A stretch of DNA of 64,000 nucleotides from Amoebophrya sp. A120 (lineage: Eukaryota > Protista > Dinoflagellata), in contig CAJINV010000002.1 of assembly GCA_905178155.1 (NCBI GenBank), forward strand, positions 12,651,386-12,715,385. The letters run 5' to 3'. Each line of letters starts with the position of its first letter. Positions within the stretch are counted from its first letter, which is position 1. The notes under the pieces are model-generated. The model saw only the letters and a list, made by a program, of their open reading frames with translations. It was not told the DNA's origin and made no database searches. The position numbers were made by a program, and so were the translations under genes. This document shows, one piece after another, positions 1 through 14,299 of the stretch.

Positions 1-3000
1 CGGTGAAGACGAAGGTCACCTTTTCGCCCTTCGCACCCGCGGCGACGTACAGTCCGCGGAGGTCCTCGAACAGAGCGTTGTCGTTGTAGGTCTTCGTGAT
101 AGTGATCTGAAAGCACTTCTGGCGGGACGTGCTCGCGGACAGCCGGGTCAGGGACTGTTTCCCGGAACCACCGACACCGACCAGCATCGCGGACCCGCGC
201 GGGAACTGGATCGTGCGGTTGATGCGCATCATGTACCGCATGGCGTCGTCGAACAGCACCAGGTTCATGGCCGCCGCGGGGAACGTTTCGTTGAACCGCT
301 TCAGGTACTCGTAGGCCTTCATGCGGACGAACTCCATGCTCTGCATCGGCTCGTACACCTTCGGCGCCGGGACTTCCTCTCCCGTCTCCGGGTCCTCACC
401 GCCCTCTCGCTGGAAGTCGCACCACCAGTCCTGCATCTCCGCGACGCGCTCCGTCGCATCTTCGCCGAAGTGCTGGTTCATGTAATCGGTCACGGTCCGG
501 GACACGAACTCCTTGTCCACCTGACGGGACAACTTGTCCGCGAAGACGCGGGTGGTCTCGTGCTTCCACAGGGAAGAAACCAGGTCCGCGGTCTTCAGGG
601 ACTCCGACGGCGCTTCCAGGATACCCTGGAAGACACGCGACAACTCACGCATGTTGAAGATGTAGTGGAACCTGGCCGGGGTCGGCAGCAGGGAGTTCTT
701 GATCTTGTTCCACACATCGATCGTTACCGAGGTCAACTTCTTGGACTGGCCGATCGGCTCGTCCTTGAACCCGTTCTTGTTCGTGAAGCGCGCACGCAGG
801 ATGGAACCATAGATGTTGTCGACGGACACCGTCGCGGGCGCGACCATGTTGAAGCAGTAGAACTTGGACTTCAAGCGACTCGGCACATCGTTCCGACCGC
901 CACCCGGGTGGCCCATAGCGCCGAGGAAGGAAAGCGCCTCGATGGTCTTGAAGTCCCCGCGCTTATCCTTGTCGAGGAAGTAGAAACCCTCCATCTCGAT
1001 CAGCTGGCGCGTCAGCTCGTTCGTGACCTGATCGCCCCACTTGTTCACGACGGGCATGCTGATATCATCGAGGAACAAGGTCATCTCCTTGCCGCCCGGC
1101 GGGCAGAAGGTCTTACCGGTCTTACGCTCGACCTCCGCCTCGACGGTCTTCTGGAACCCGAGCGGTGTGGTCGCGGACGAAAAGTTGATGCGCTTGGCCA
1201 ACATGGTCTCGACGTTGAAGCGGGCCATGTACATGAGGCACGTCGAGGTCTTCGCGGTCCCTGCGCCACCGCACAGCAGCGAGGATCGGTAGACCGCCGG
1301 CAAGCGCACGCGCTGGTAATTCTGGATCACACCCATCAGGTACTCGGCACGGGTACTGTCCAGTGTGGGGATCAGCAGCGACGAGAAGATCAGCTTTTTC
1401 GGCGGCTTCCACTCTTCCGGCTTCCACTCGATGTACGGGCGGTGCTTCTGTTCCATATCGGGAACGTAGTCGAACAGGGTCTGGCCCTCCTTGCACGGGG
1501 GGATGCAGTCCTTCAGCTTTGCCACGTTCACGCTCTCGCAGAACTTCTCGTAGAACTTCACGCGTTCCTCCGGTTCGCACAGGCCGGTGAAACCCCACAC
1601 AATGCAGAAGAAGCACAGTCGCATGTAGGCCTCCTTGGGCAGGACCTCGTTCGCCTGCACGGCGGTGTGGAGAAGAGCGGAAAGCATGTTCAGCGTGTTC
1701 AAAATCACCAGCGAGTCGTTCAACGGCATCACGGTTTCGATGTTGCGGTTGAAGTAGTCGAACAGGTCCTCGCAGATACCCGTCCCCGGGGGCGGCGTGT
1801 ACACGAGCTTGTTGAAGATGTCGCGGATGTGCTCCGCCTCGTCGAACCGGTTCGCGTTGATCTCGGTCCGCTTTGCCAACCAGGAGGTCAGCACCGGCTT
1901 CCACCCCAAGTCGGAGGGAGAGATGAAGATGATCCCCGCCCGGGACACCGTGGCCGGAGACGCGTTCCGCAAGTTCTCGACCTCGAACACGATCTTGCAG
2001 TTATCCGTCATCGGGAACCGATCGTTGTTCGCCAGGGTCAGAATCTTGTTGTCGTCCAACACCGTGTTCAGGTTCTCGATCCAGATCGCGTCGACCGGAC
2101 CGTCGCACACGATCCACGTGGTGTACTTCAGATTACGGTTGTTGTAGCGGGCCCAAATGGACGCGAACACACCCGGGGTCCACTCCTCGGAGACCGGATC
2201 CTTGACCCCGTACATCTGGGAGTCGGTGATCGCCTTCGGGTTCATAATCGCGGTGCGGTGGGGAAGCCCATTGTCGTTCAAGGTTCCGACCAAGGTCATC
2301 ATGATTTCGGTCTTCCCGCACGCGGTCGGGCCGACCAACATAAAGCCGTGGCGCACGAGGGAGGTCTCGTACAACTGAATGATCTTCAGCATCCAAGTGT
2401 CCCACTCGGTCAGCTTCTTGGCTTTCGCGATCTTGCGCGCGCCGCCGTCGATCTCCGGGTAAGTCTTCTTCGGCGGATCCGCCGTCTTCGGGAACAAATC
2501 CTTCAGCAAGGCGAGGAACAGCGGCACGTCATCGGCGACGAATTTGGACAAGTTCATATCGCGGGCGGTGCGCATAAACAGCATCTCTTCGTCCATGTCT
2601 GGGGGCTCCGCACGCTTCACGATACCGGAGGTACGCAGCACGGACAGAATGTTCCGCAGACCGAAGTCGTAGTGACGCTGCTTGGACAACTGCTGTTCGC
2701 ACAGACCGTACAAAACGAAGAACTTCTTTCCCAAGACGTCCATCATGCTGTAACCGACGGAGGCGAGCTTCACCTTCATGATCGTCTCACGGTTTGGCAC
2801 CATCATGCACACGCCGCGGAACTGGACCTTCAGGTTCTCCGGCAGCTCCTGGCGCCCGGCGTAACCCGGGTTCATGGTGATGAAGTACCCGACCGAGGGG
2901 ATCAGCCGGATCGGCGCGACCTCACCCGGGAAGGGCATCATCTTGGCGTTCTGACGCTTCCCCTGCGTGATCGCCTCCACCTGCATCGCGACCACGGAGA

Positions 3001-6000
3001 GCACCTCCACCTCAATCCGGTTGAACTCGTCGAAGCAGCCCCAGATACCGCTCATGCACAGACCCTTGAAGATCTTACCGCAATCGCGGAACCGCAGCTG
3101 ATCGGAGCAGTTGGTGACCATCACGAAGATACCGAGCGTACGCCCCATATCCTTGGTCGTCTCCGTCTTGCCCGTCCCGGCGGGACCGGCCGGCGCCCCA
3201 CCCAGGAACATACCGAGCGCTTGCGACAGCGTCACGTAGCACCTGTCGGTCAGCGCGGTGATACACAGTCGCTCCTTGCAACCGAGGTACTCGTAGCTGT
3301 AGGTGAAATCCACGTCGGCGATCGAGATGATGCAGTGCTCGATGTCGGATTTCCAGTACAGACGCGTCTGACGCAGCCACTCGAAGTCGTTCTCGTCCTT
3401 CACCTTGTGCGCCTTCACCTTCTGCCACACCTCCTGGAACAAATCCTTCTGATGCACGTGCACCGTCACGAGCGTCTCGAACTTGGTTCGGTTCATCTTG
3501 CTCCCCAGGTCCATCAGACACGCCCCGACCAGGTCCTGCATGATCTGGACGAACTTCTTGTTGGTCAACGCCATGATGGTCTTGTCCTTTTCCTTGCTCA
3601 TCTTGATCAGCGCGTCCTCAAAGTCCACGGTCCACACCACCTGGATTCCGAGCAGCGCGACCTGGGCGATGTACTTCTCCGCGAAGTCCTTCACCGACAC
3701 GCCGTTCAGAATGTTCCCGGTCTCGCCGCACGCGATCTTGCACTCGCGCCGCACGGACCGCGCCACCTCCGCCTCGAGCACGTTCAGCCAGTCCTCGATG
3801 TTGCCCACCGCCTGCTGCGGGGTCACGAAGTTCACGTACTCCGCACCGGTACCGACCAGCGACAGGCACTGCGTCATCTTCCGCCGGTCCTTGGCGTCGA
3901 AGGTCACGCGCGAAATGGAATCGAACAACTTCTCGAAGTCCTCCTGGATGGCCTCGGGGTCGGAACCCTGGGACAAAATCTTCAGCAGCGCGGGATCGGA
4001 CGTGAAGTAGAAACGGGGGAACTTGTTCCGCTTGCCCTCCAGGTACGACTCCAGCGACTTCTGGCACTGCTCCAGCCCGACCTGCAGGACGGGCAGCAGC
4101 TGCTTCAGCATGTCGTTCTGACAGCAGTTCACGACGTTGCGCATCTCCGCGGACTTGCCCATGATCCGGATCCAGTCCTTGTCGATCTGTTGGAACTTCT
4201 TGGCCTCCATCGGCATCTGCTTGGCGATATCACCGCCCGTGAACACGGACTCCAGGGACGTCCACATCTGCTGCACCTTGAACCAGCGCTCGATGGTGTC
4301 GGCCGTGTCGGACAGGGTCATGATCATCGTGCCCAGCTCCTCCTTGAAGGGGATGGAGTGACGCTGCGCGTTCATGGTGTTCAGCGCCATCACGGTTTCC
4401 TCTAAAATCTCCTGCACCTCACCCACGCGACCGGGCGCCATGCAGCAGGGGTAGTCGCGGGACTTCCACGTGGTGAAGTCGAAGTTCATGCCCGACCACT
4501 GCTCGCTGATTTCGGCCAGCTTCTTCTCGATGATCAGCTGTTTGTCCGCGGACTCGCAGATGTCAGACACCTCGTCCGTGAACTCGTTCAGCTTGGCGTC
4601 GATCAGGTTCTGCAGCTTGAAGGTGTCGGACTCGATCGGGAGCTCCTTGCCGGTCAGGTCCATCACCTGCTTCCAGTGCCGGGGCATGATGGACGGCTTG
4701 GCGAGCTCCGTCAGCAGGGGGAGCACTTCGCTGAAGTCGTCGATCTCCTTCTTCAACTCCAAGTACGCGGGCCACTCACGCAGCACCTTCGGCATGCGCT
4801 TACACCGACCGGCGAACTTTTCGGTTTCCGACTGCATGACTTCCACGTGGTCCGGGGTTTCGGCCCACAAGTAGTCCTTCCACTCCTTGATGGTGTCCAA
4901 GACCACCACGTACAAGTCGTACAGCTGGCCCAAGTACTCCAACTCGCCCTTGGTCTTGTCCAGCTTCGGGTACTGCTGGTGCGGCAACCCGAACAAGTCC
5001 TCGCCGAGGAAGTAGATTTGCTGTTTGCGCTCGCGGATCTGGTACTCCTCGCGGAACCGTTTCAGGCGCTCGACCGCCTGCTTCGGCGGGATGCCATCCA
5101 CCATGGGACCGTTGGCCTCGTAGTTCTTGCGGAAGTCCTGCACGTCCTTCTTGAAGTTGTTCACCGTGGTGATCAAGGTCTTCTTGTGCTGCGCCTGCTG
5201 CGCGGAGAGCACGTCCTGGCGGGCCTCGCTGTCCTGCAGCAGCTTGTCCCAGGAGGTGCGCAACATGGACCGCATGTCCTGTTCGTCCTTGTCGATCAGC
5301 TGCGGCGTGTACGCGTCGAGGATCTGGTACATGTGGGTGATGGGCCCGAACTCCAGCTCGATCTCGGACTGCTTCGCCCGCACCTCCTGCAGGGTCTGCA
5401 TCACAAACCCGAGCGCGTCGATGTCGCCATCGCCGACCTCGCGGTTCAGTTTTTTCGACGTCTGCTTCACCATTTCGGACACGGAGTCCAGCTTGCCGCG
5501 GGCCTCGATGTGCAACTTCTTGGCAAAGGCCATCTTCCACATCTGCGCCAGCTCGACCAGAGACTTGGACAGGCCGTCGGACTTCAGCACCAGCGCGGAG
5601 ATCTGCGCCTTGCCGCTGTACCGCGCGGCGTCCTCGGCCATGCGAATGAAGGACTTCACTTTCGACTCGAAGTCGGACAGGGTCGGGATCGAGTCCTGAA
5701 ATTCCTTGTACTCGTCCTCCACGTTCTTCATCCACAGCATGTTGAACTTGTCGAAGGTCTGCACGTAGTTGTCGCACTCGCGGCGCGCGGACTGGATGGA
5801 ACCCGAGAGCAGGAGCACCACCTTGAGGATTTCCTTGTCCTGGGAAATGCGGTCGTAGAAGGTTCCCTGGGCGGCCGACCCCTTGATCGGGGGTAAATTA
5901 GGGTTGATGATCAGCTGCACCGCCTCCGGGATCGTGACCGTGTCCCACGCGTCGATCATCTTGCTGCACTTCAACACCGCGACGGCGCCGCCGTTCACCG

Positions 6001-9000
6001 CGGACTGGATGTCTTCGATCGTCGGCTTCAGCCGCACGCCCACACCGTCCAACTCCAGATCCACGTCGAAGAACGGCGGGGACATCGGCGTCGCGGACGC
6101 GCCGCCCTCCTCGTCCTCCTTGCCCTCCTTGTCCTCGACGGACGCGGCGATGGAGATCTTTCCGGAGTCGCGCTTCGCGGTTAACCGGGTCTTGATCGCG
6201 TTCAACGACCGGCGCGTGGCGTTCAGCAGCGCCTGGTACATGGACCAGTTGTAGTGGGCCTTCACCTTGATGATCTCGGACTCCGACACCCCGCGCACGT
6301 GGCTGTCGATCGGGAATCCAACGATCTGCACCAGCAGGTCGTCCACGCTGTCCTCGATCTCCAGCGACTTGGCGTGCAAGAAAGTGGTGATCTCGCGCAC
6401 GTGCTTCTCCTGGATGTCGATGAAGTCGTCCAGGGACACGGTTTCGGACTCCTCGGGCAGCGAGACGAGCAGCAACCGCGCAACGGCCTTCAGGCTCGCG
6501 TCGACGCGGTTCTCCATGATGTCGTTGACCGTGAGGACCAACTGTTCCAGTTTCCGCAACTCCCGCCACACCGTGTCGATGTAGTTGGTGATGTTCATGG
6601 ACGTCCAGGTCAGCGTCACCCGCCCGGGGCGCAACTGGAACTCCAGGTTGTCCAAGTGCGGCTTGAGCAAGTTGGACGCGATCGGCTTCACGGTCTGCAC
6701 GACCCGGCGGTACTCGCGGAGGACGAAGGAGAGCTCGTTGTAGTAGCCCTTGAACTTCGCTTCTTGCAGCAACACCATCTTGGCGGATTCCGGAATCTCG
6801 ATGCCCATGCGGTCCAGGCACTTCGTCTCGCGAATCAGCTGCAGAATCTCCCAGTCGAAGTTGACGTGCAACTTTCCGTCGTCCGGGTGCCGGACGATCA
6901 GCGTCGACTGCAAACCGGACTTCGCCTGCTCGATGCTGTGCACCCAGGCCTGGTACCAGAGCGTTTCAAACTCCACCAAAGTCTTCGCCATCTTGTTGTA
7001 CATGCGGATGATCTTCTTCGCGTCTTTCCCGGCGAGCACCGACGGGGAGCGCTGGAACTTCTGCATCGGGCCCTCGATGCGCTTCAGCAGGTGCCGCGCC
7101 CACGTGATGTTCCCCGCCACCGGGGGCAGGTTGCGCACGAGCGGCGGCGCCGCTTTGTGCTTCTCGTACTGGTCCTGCACCGTGGTGAGCTCGAGCCCGT
7201 AGTTGTGGAAGATCACGGTGAACTTGGATTCCAAATCCGACCGCAGCGTCTCGCGCTGCAGAATGGACTGAAACTTTTTCAACAAGTTCAAACTGCTGGT
7301 GATGCTGGTGATAGACTCAAACGACTGGTTGATGAACTGCTGCAAGGCGGCTTCCAGGTCGCTGATGCGGACGTTGAAATCCACGTAATCCCGGTCGAAC
7401 CGGTTGTGGTGGAAGTCCAGCAGATCGTGGCGCTTGTTGCGGAAGTCGTCCATGATGTACTTGAAGTTGTCGACCAAGACCTCCATGCCGTCGAAACGGT
7501 GCTGCGACAGCGACTGGAACTGGTAGATCGTGGAGAACATATCGATCAGCTTCACGACGCGGCGGCAGAACAGGTCGAAGCGACCGAAGATCAAGGTTTC
7601 CGAGAAGTCGAACTGCTTGCCCTTGGGCAGCGCCATCAGCTTCTCCTTGGTCTTGCGGTACTCCTCCTGGTAGCACTCGTTCATTTTCAGGCAGAGCTCC
7701 AGATTCCGGATCAGTTCCGTCGGGTTGCGCTCCCACAGCTGGTCGGACGACGCATCCTCATCGTCGCCGAGGATGCACATCTTGCAGTTCAGGATCATCT
7801 GGTTGGTCACCTTCGTCAGCAAGTTCGTCATGCGCTCCGTCGTGTTGTAGTACCGAGCGATGGTGTGAATCATCTTCACGCCGTTCAAAAGCGCCGGGAT
7901 GTTATCCACGATGGACTGCGGCGTGCCGGTGTACAGAGGCTCGAGGAATTTGTCCAAAGAACCGAGGTACTTCACGTTGTCCTTGGCTTCGTTGAAGGAC
8001 TCCGTGATCGACACGTCAATGCGCTTCCACCTGGGAAACGGTTGCATGAAAAAATAACAAACTGGGATGTGAGACTGCGAAAAACAACAAAAAAATGACG
8101 GAGCATATGCGTAGAAAAAGCCACAACAACTGTTTTACAGTTATTGTGGTCGGGAATGAAATGAGAATAATCGCAAGCAGAATTATACCTTCGCAAGACC
8201 GCGACGACGTTCGCGCGTTGCGCGGACTCGTTCGGGACACGGGACGCAGCGTGCAGCACGGCGAAGACCGTTTTGAAGTCCTTTCCCTTCAGCCGCTCCG
8301 TGATGCTGGTAATCCGCTGCATGCGCGCGCGCCAGATCTCCAGCTCCGTGCGCGGCCCCGGGGTCTCGTTTTCCTCGTTGGCCTGGTTGCCCTCGAGGAA
8401 GGACTCCACCTGCTCGCACCACTCGCCGAGCAGTTCCTCGTAGTACTGCACCAAGTCCGGCTGGTTGGTCGCCAGCTGCGTGTAGTCCACGCGCTTGGCG
8501 GACACGTCCTTCTCCGGGTCCAGCGGCTTCAGCTCGATGCCGCCGGCCATGGACCGGACCGCGTCGCCCAACTCCTCGTTGAACTTGCCGAGCATCTTGA
8601 CGAACTCGGTCTTCTGCTCGGTGGGGCACTGGCCGAAGGAGGTGCCGGTGGTCTTGTTGATCAAGGGGACGAAGTAGTTCGTCAACCCGGCGTTCAACGA
8701 CGCGAGCGGCGCGCCGGAGATCTCACCGTAGAGCAGATCCGGGTCGGTGGCCACGTCGTCCTTGATGGCCTTGTCCTCGGCGCAGGTGCGGACAAAGTAG
8801 GCCGCGCGGCCCTTCAGTCGCTCCTTGTCGCCGTACGTAAGGATGACCTTCGCCCGTCCGGGACCGTCCACGTACTCGCCCGTCTCGAGGACGACGTCGG
8901 GCTTCTGGTAGTACACGAACAAGTGGGACTTTTTCGCCGCGCCGGACAGAAAGGAGTCCACCATCTTGGTGTTGTCGCGCAAACACTGGTCCACCTCGTT

Positions 9001-9075
9001 CTGGATGCCCTTGTCGCCCGCCGGGTCGAACACCATCGCGGCGTTCGCCGACATCCATTGCACACGAGCCGACAT
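1..9075 (-). CDS. Axonemal dynein heavy chain, outer-arm gamma / DNAH5-DNAH8-like; 3' end runs off the window
   Basis: ATG at 9075 (MSARVQW). One GT-AG intron at 8031-8188 joins VLRR|WKRID, then a continuous exon runs to base 1. P-loops: AAA1 GPAGTGKTETTKD (~3150-3190), AAA2 GPTACGKT (~2310-2335), AAA3 GGAGTAKT (~1245-1272), AAA4 GVGGSGKQSL (~150-180); CFDEFNR at ~3020-3040. Confidence 0.95.
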
Positions 9076-10334
9076 GGTGGTGGTTAGAGTTTTTTTTCAC
9101 AAAAAGTTCAAAAAGATTTTTTTGGTTTTTTATACTTGGATACTTTCCGTGTCGCTTTCAAACGCTGCTGCTCTCCGTTATCCTTGTTTCTGCAAGGACA
9201 AGAAGACACGCGCACCGCTGCGGCGCTTTTCGTGGCAGAACCTTATACGACTTTGTCCTTAGATTTGCCTGGAATTTATTCCCCCCACAGGCAAAATTGC
9301 TACACGCGCGCCCTGTGAAGAGCCGCGTACCTCCCCAGCAAAAAAACTAAAGTGGTTTTTGATTGATGAATTGATTTTTGTTGTGTGTTGAAAATATGGC
9401 AAAGCTCTTTTTCTCGCTCACGATGCAGGATATTTTTCTTTCTAGAGTGCGTTTATTGAAAAGCTCTAGCAGGTAAATCTCACCAGGAGAAATGAAACTC
9501 AAACTTCTAAAAGCTAAAGCTATGAAATTAAGAATAGCCTTTATTTCTGGGATAAGCTCAGTTGGTGCCTGGGATTGTTTTTTGGATTTCCGAAGATCGG
9601 GGAATTGCTTTTCGCGGTCACGTGAACGGTATAAGGAAGCAGCACTGTGGAAAGCAGTTCGAGGGACGAAAAGTGAGTACGAAAAAAACATCACTCGATA
9701 AGCGGACGTATTTCAAGAATCAGACGGCAACTTCACGACCCAAAAACTAGGACTCTCTCGACGGATATGGACGTAAATGCACGTATTACTGAACGAAGTT
9801 CTTACGTAGAACATTTCCGCACGATAATGGGCTGGAACTAGCGTGTAACGACGAACGTCTTTGTGATAGATACAGGTGGCGCTTTTTTCGAGCTCTGCTC
9901 CTGCATCTGCTTTCTTGTGTACAAGGGATGCACATACTCTAGCTCACATAGAAGTGGGCGTCAATCCTACAAGGAGAGTAAAGAACTACTCTAAAATAAG
10001 CTCTACTTTGTTTGCGACGACTTTTAGTTTAATATTTTGCGCACACATATTCAGTCAAAATATTTCTTCGTCAGTGTCGCTTGCAATTCCGTTGAAACTA
10101 TTTGCTTATCTGAAAAGGTTACTTTTGCGTTTGCCATTCTAACACCGAATTCGTGACTGCATTATCAGGGGCATTTATTTTTGTTGCAAGGGGTAGGACA
10201 TTTTGGCGCTATCTAGGTTTCAGTACATTGTTTTGCAAAGAAGCAGATCATCTGGTAAATTCTTTCTAGGAAATTTGTCTCTGTTTTGCTCTACGAGTTC
10301 GGCGAATCAATATCAATCGACAATCGTCGACTTT

Positions 10335-13300
10335 TTACAAGTACACCACCATCACACCCACGAGAAAAGCCAGCACGCCGAGACCGTTCCGCACACTGGA
10401 GTTGCAATTGATATTGCAGGCGACTTCTTGCCGGAACTGCAAAGTTTTTATAACCCTTTGCGTCCATGTTGTATGTATCTCTTAGTGATGAGGTGAAGGA
10501 TACTACAGACAGTATGCCGGCATAAGAAAAAGTGTCAGTGGGTGTAGAACAAAAATCACGACCAGAAACATCAAGGATTTCATCATCTTACCGGAGCCAC
10601 GGTGGCAATCCCGGAATCATCGGTGAGCAAGATTGTGGGTGCTTCTGTGGTCGTCGCGAGACCCGGCAAGAGCTGTTGGTTCGGGTCGACCTCCGGCAGG
10701 TTGAACTCCTGGCACATCTCCTTGTGCGCCTCCAGGCAGTCTGGGTGGGAGTCTCGCTGATCGTTTGCGCAGAAGATGCGGCCTGTTGGTTTGGATTTTT
10801 GCGCTTAAGGGAAAAAGTTGTACAACATCCTACGTATTCTTGCGCGGCAGAATTTTATTGCAGATTAATACATAGGGTTGCTTGTTACTGTTACTATGGC
10901 TATGCACATCAGCTGCAAAAGAAAATAAAAAATTCTACTATACATTCCATTCGCTGGCATTCGTCGTTGGTTGGATTATACATTGCAGATCAATAAGGTT
11001 ACTTATTGTTCTAATAATAATCAATAAGAATCAATAAGAATTGGATAAATTCTAATTATACATTGCAGATCAATAAGGTTACTTATTGTTACTCTTGCTA
11101 TCATTATGCGCATCAGCTGCACAAAAAAACAATATGGCGCAAGCTTCTTCGGTACTGTAATAGCTACCAAGGTGAGCCAGAAACTGCTCTCGAACTGCTT
11201 GACTTTCCTAAAGGTAAACTGTCTGCACCGGATTGCTTTGAGAGCCGGGCATCTCGGACGACGCAACACCACCCGTTTTAGCAGTGAAGGGAAGTCCAAT
11301 TGGGGTCCACTACTCGCTACCACCCTCACGCGTAGTGTTCAGAAGATACTCCCCTAAGAGCTGGGAAGCATCCTCAACCACCCGACAGACCTGACACAAA
11401 ACCCGCCGCCTCTGGGTGATGTGAAAGTCGAATAGGAAAAACCAAGCCCCAAGCTATGCCCGGTAGCTAGCTTCTTTGCAAATGCAGCAAAGCTGGCCAG
11501 AACGAGAGCGCCACCGAGCTTAGTGATCAACACGGAGCTATACACACTTCGCTGCGGCCAACCTTTGCGCAGAGAGTTTTTCACTTTTTTTTCCGCGTGC
11601 TATCTGTTTTTTCTTTTGCTCCACTGCGTCTTTTATGTCCTGATTTTCTCAGGCTCTTTCTTTTCTCAGATAGTCTTGCTTGCTTTTCTTTTTTTTTTTG
11701 CGGAGTCGAGATGTCATCTTGTAGGTTGCGCGATAAAAGGAACAAGGTTATTGATTGGGGATTTCATTTTTGCAAAAAAAATCCGCCGGCCTTGCCGGCC
11801 CCAATCTGCCCATTGGCCAAACGGAGAAAAAAAAAAAGAACAAGCCCCTCTCCCCCCCTATGGACTAGATTCTTGCTTTCCTCAGAGTGGTGAGGACAGA
11901 AAGAATACTTTATGGCGTCTACGAACGATCATCAGAAAGAAAAGTAAGAATTTCGCAAAAGAAAAAGACACCGATAGCATCTCTCAAGCAAGAGCAAGAG
12001 CTGGACTGCCTTTACTACCTGGCTTTCACCTAGGCATTACAGACATTCAAGCAGAACATCAAGCAACGTGGTGCGGACAAAAACAAAAGTCTCGTATCCT
12101 ATCTGGTAGACAAAAACAAACATTTTAACGCAGGCAATTCCACTATAAAACATTTTAACGCATGCACAAAAAAATGAAAAATTCTACTATACATTCCATT
12201 CGCTGGCATTCGTCGTTGGTTGGATTTTCCTTGCAGCCGGAGATGTATGGATGTGTCAGGATCGAAATCCACAAAATCGAAAAACTTGTGATGCGTAAAA
12301 TGTAGGGCAATGAAGGCCTGTATTGGGGAGCAGGCAAATGAGACCGATTGTCAGCCTGTTTAGGGGTATGCAACGCGCTGCCAGAGTAGCATGACAGGAG
12401 CAGCCTTCTTTGCCAAAACAGCATGACATACTGGATTTGGGTGCTCTCGAAATTTGTCATGCGCCGCTTGGAAACTGAGGCTCCAACTGACATCGATTTT
12501 GTGCATCGCAAATTTTTCGACTTTGTCAATTTCGACTCTGACACTTCCATAAGATGCAGATCTCCATTAAAGTCATGTCGCACTGCTGTCGGAATCTGTA
12601 ATATAGAGGATCATCATCTTCATTCAAGCAAAATCTAGTACGATAATCTTTCGGTTTCCGCCGGCTAGGTGTACTTGTTCTAGGCCAGGTACTATATTCC
12701 TTTTCATCCTGTCACTGTATCTATTGGCGTCACGAAAGCAAAATCGAGTACGGTGGCACACAGCGGTCGCGTTTGAAGTCCGCTTCGTAGCCATCCGGAC
12801 AGCGCTGGCATTCTCGGTCCAGGATTGACCCTGGCGGGCTCACGCGCGGTGCATCGTAGGTGCCGCCCTTGCTGTCCTTGGCCATCACGCTGGGGCACAC
12901 TTCGTAGGAGTCGCACCTGCGCGAGTATTCGCAAAAAAAGTCTCATACAGCCAACCACGACGAGAAATGTCAATGTGCACGCGGATTGATGTATGATGCT
13001 CTTCCTCTTATTTCTAGGCGGTAAAAATACTGCATGAAAACAAGAAAGCCAAACACTGTCCAATACCCGCTGCAGAAATCGCCGGATTGGCACTGCAAGC
13101 ACTCCAGTTGCCCGCGCTCGGAGAGATACAGTTCGCCCTTCGGGAAGTAGCCCAGTTCGTCTTTGTCGCATGTGCTGATGGTACAGTCAAAGCAGCACTG
13201 GTACATGCCCTTTGGACACACCGGGATGAAACAAATCCCGTCTTCGTCCTGGCAGGGGCAATCCAAGTCCTCCAGAATGACCACGTTGAGTTGCGCCCGG

Positions 13301-13668
13301 ACCTGGGGAACGACTACCGGGTCCAACGAGTTCAGCATCGACGTGAGCAAGAGAAACGCACTCTTCTTCGCGCTGGACACGTGCGAGTTATTTCTAGCGG
13401 CAGCGAAAGTTGTAGTTCGAGATGCTCGACTTCTGCTCCTCCGTCGCGATGGACTGGACGCGGACGAAGAACTTGGTGCTGTCCTAGCGTCGTGATAAAT
13501 GCGGCCGTAGAGGCATTCATCGTCGGATGCCATGCTAGTTGTAGTAGTGCCATCTACTTCTTCTAGCGGTGGGTAGGTGTCGGCATCTTCCTGCAGTACA
13601 CTCCTTCGGATGCATTTGCTCCTCCCGCCACCCGCAGCACTTCTCGAGCCGGCAGCGGCAAACTCCAT
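10335..13668 (-). CDS. Multi-exon cysteine-rich surface protein with a hydrophobic, GPI-signal-like C-terminus (hypothetical)
   Basis: Hand-joined exons: ...CPKGMYQCCFDC...FCSG | CDSYEVCP...CQRCPDGYEADFKRDRCVP | ...RQQCDMTLMEICISGCKENPTNDECQRME | CRIFCAND...ATVAP | FRQEVACNINCNSSVRNGLGVLAFLVGVMVVYL-stop (TAA 10335-10337). Start codon and the 12590-12750 junction are uncertain. Confidence 0.6.
10859..12227. repeat. Duplicated exon-end/intron segments flanking a ~1.2 kb insertion
   Basis: AATTCTACTATACATTCCATTCGCTGGCATTCGTCGTTGGTTGGATT occurs at ~10931-10977 and ~12180-12226. CATTGCAGATCAATAAGGTTACTTATTGTT occurs at 10981 and 11061, with a diverged copy at ~10859. Confidence 0.8.
12246..12551. 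mobile_element. TIR introner-like element, family B, 5-bp TSD AGATG
   Basis: Left end TATGGATGTGTCAGGATCGAAATCCACAAAATCGAAAAACTTGTGATGC; reverse complement of right end TATGGAAGTGTCAGAGTCGAAATTGACAAAGTCGAAAAATTTGCGATGC. AGATG at 12241-12245 and 12552-12556. Removal restores EICISGCK. Confidence 0.9.
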
Positions 13669-14299
13669 TTTTGCAGCAATCGTCCGCCGACAATGTGCTT
13701 CTGCTGCACTGTGCAGCTTCTCAAAGGGAGGTATTGAAGTCCACAAAGCAGTCAGCTGCTCCGCAGTCCGTTTTTCTCAGAAAAAATCACATCATGTTTT
13801 TAGAAGCAAACAGAGCAAACACTGTGGCACTAATTTTTACTTGAGGTGCTGTTTTCAATGGGCATTTAGGTTTGAAAGAGACGCGGAAACGGAAATCTAT
13901 CTTCTGAATGCGGGAAATTACAGAACTACGATTGATGCAACTCGAAACAGCTGGATACATATACAAGGAGGCACGATCGAACGCTTCTCTCCTCTTGTTA
14001 CGACCACCCTTGTGCATTCGAGGTTCATCTTCTGTTGCTACACTTTCGATCTCACTCAAGCGCTCTCGATTCGTCCTCTTTCTCAAACGACTCTCGATCT
14101 CGCGCTCACACGATTTTCGGCCAGAAAAACCGCTTTCTATCCACGAGCACACTCAGCGCGGCGAAAAAAGGGGTCATTAGAACGAAGCAATGGCCCAAAG
14201 CCGTTGCTTCACATCACAAAGAACAAATGAGATTGCGACTGCGACGCAGCATTGCGGCTTTCATTTCAGTGGAGTCTCTATATGTTTCAAGTCAAGCGT

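Noticed and set aside
470-9087. Very long plus-strand ORFs (1311, 406, 614 and 330 aa)
   Set aside because: Antisense shadows of the GC3-rich dynein gene; His/Val/Leu/Gln-rich with no recognisable motifs.
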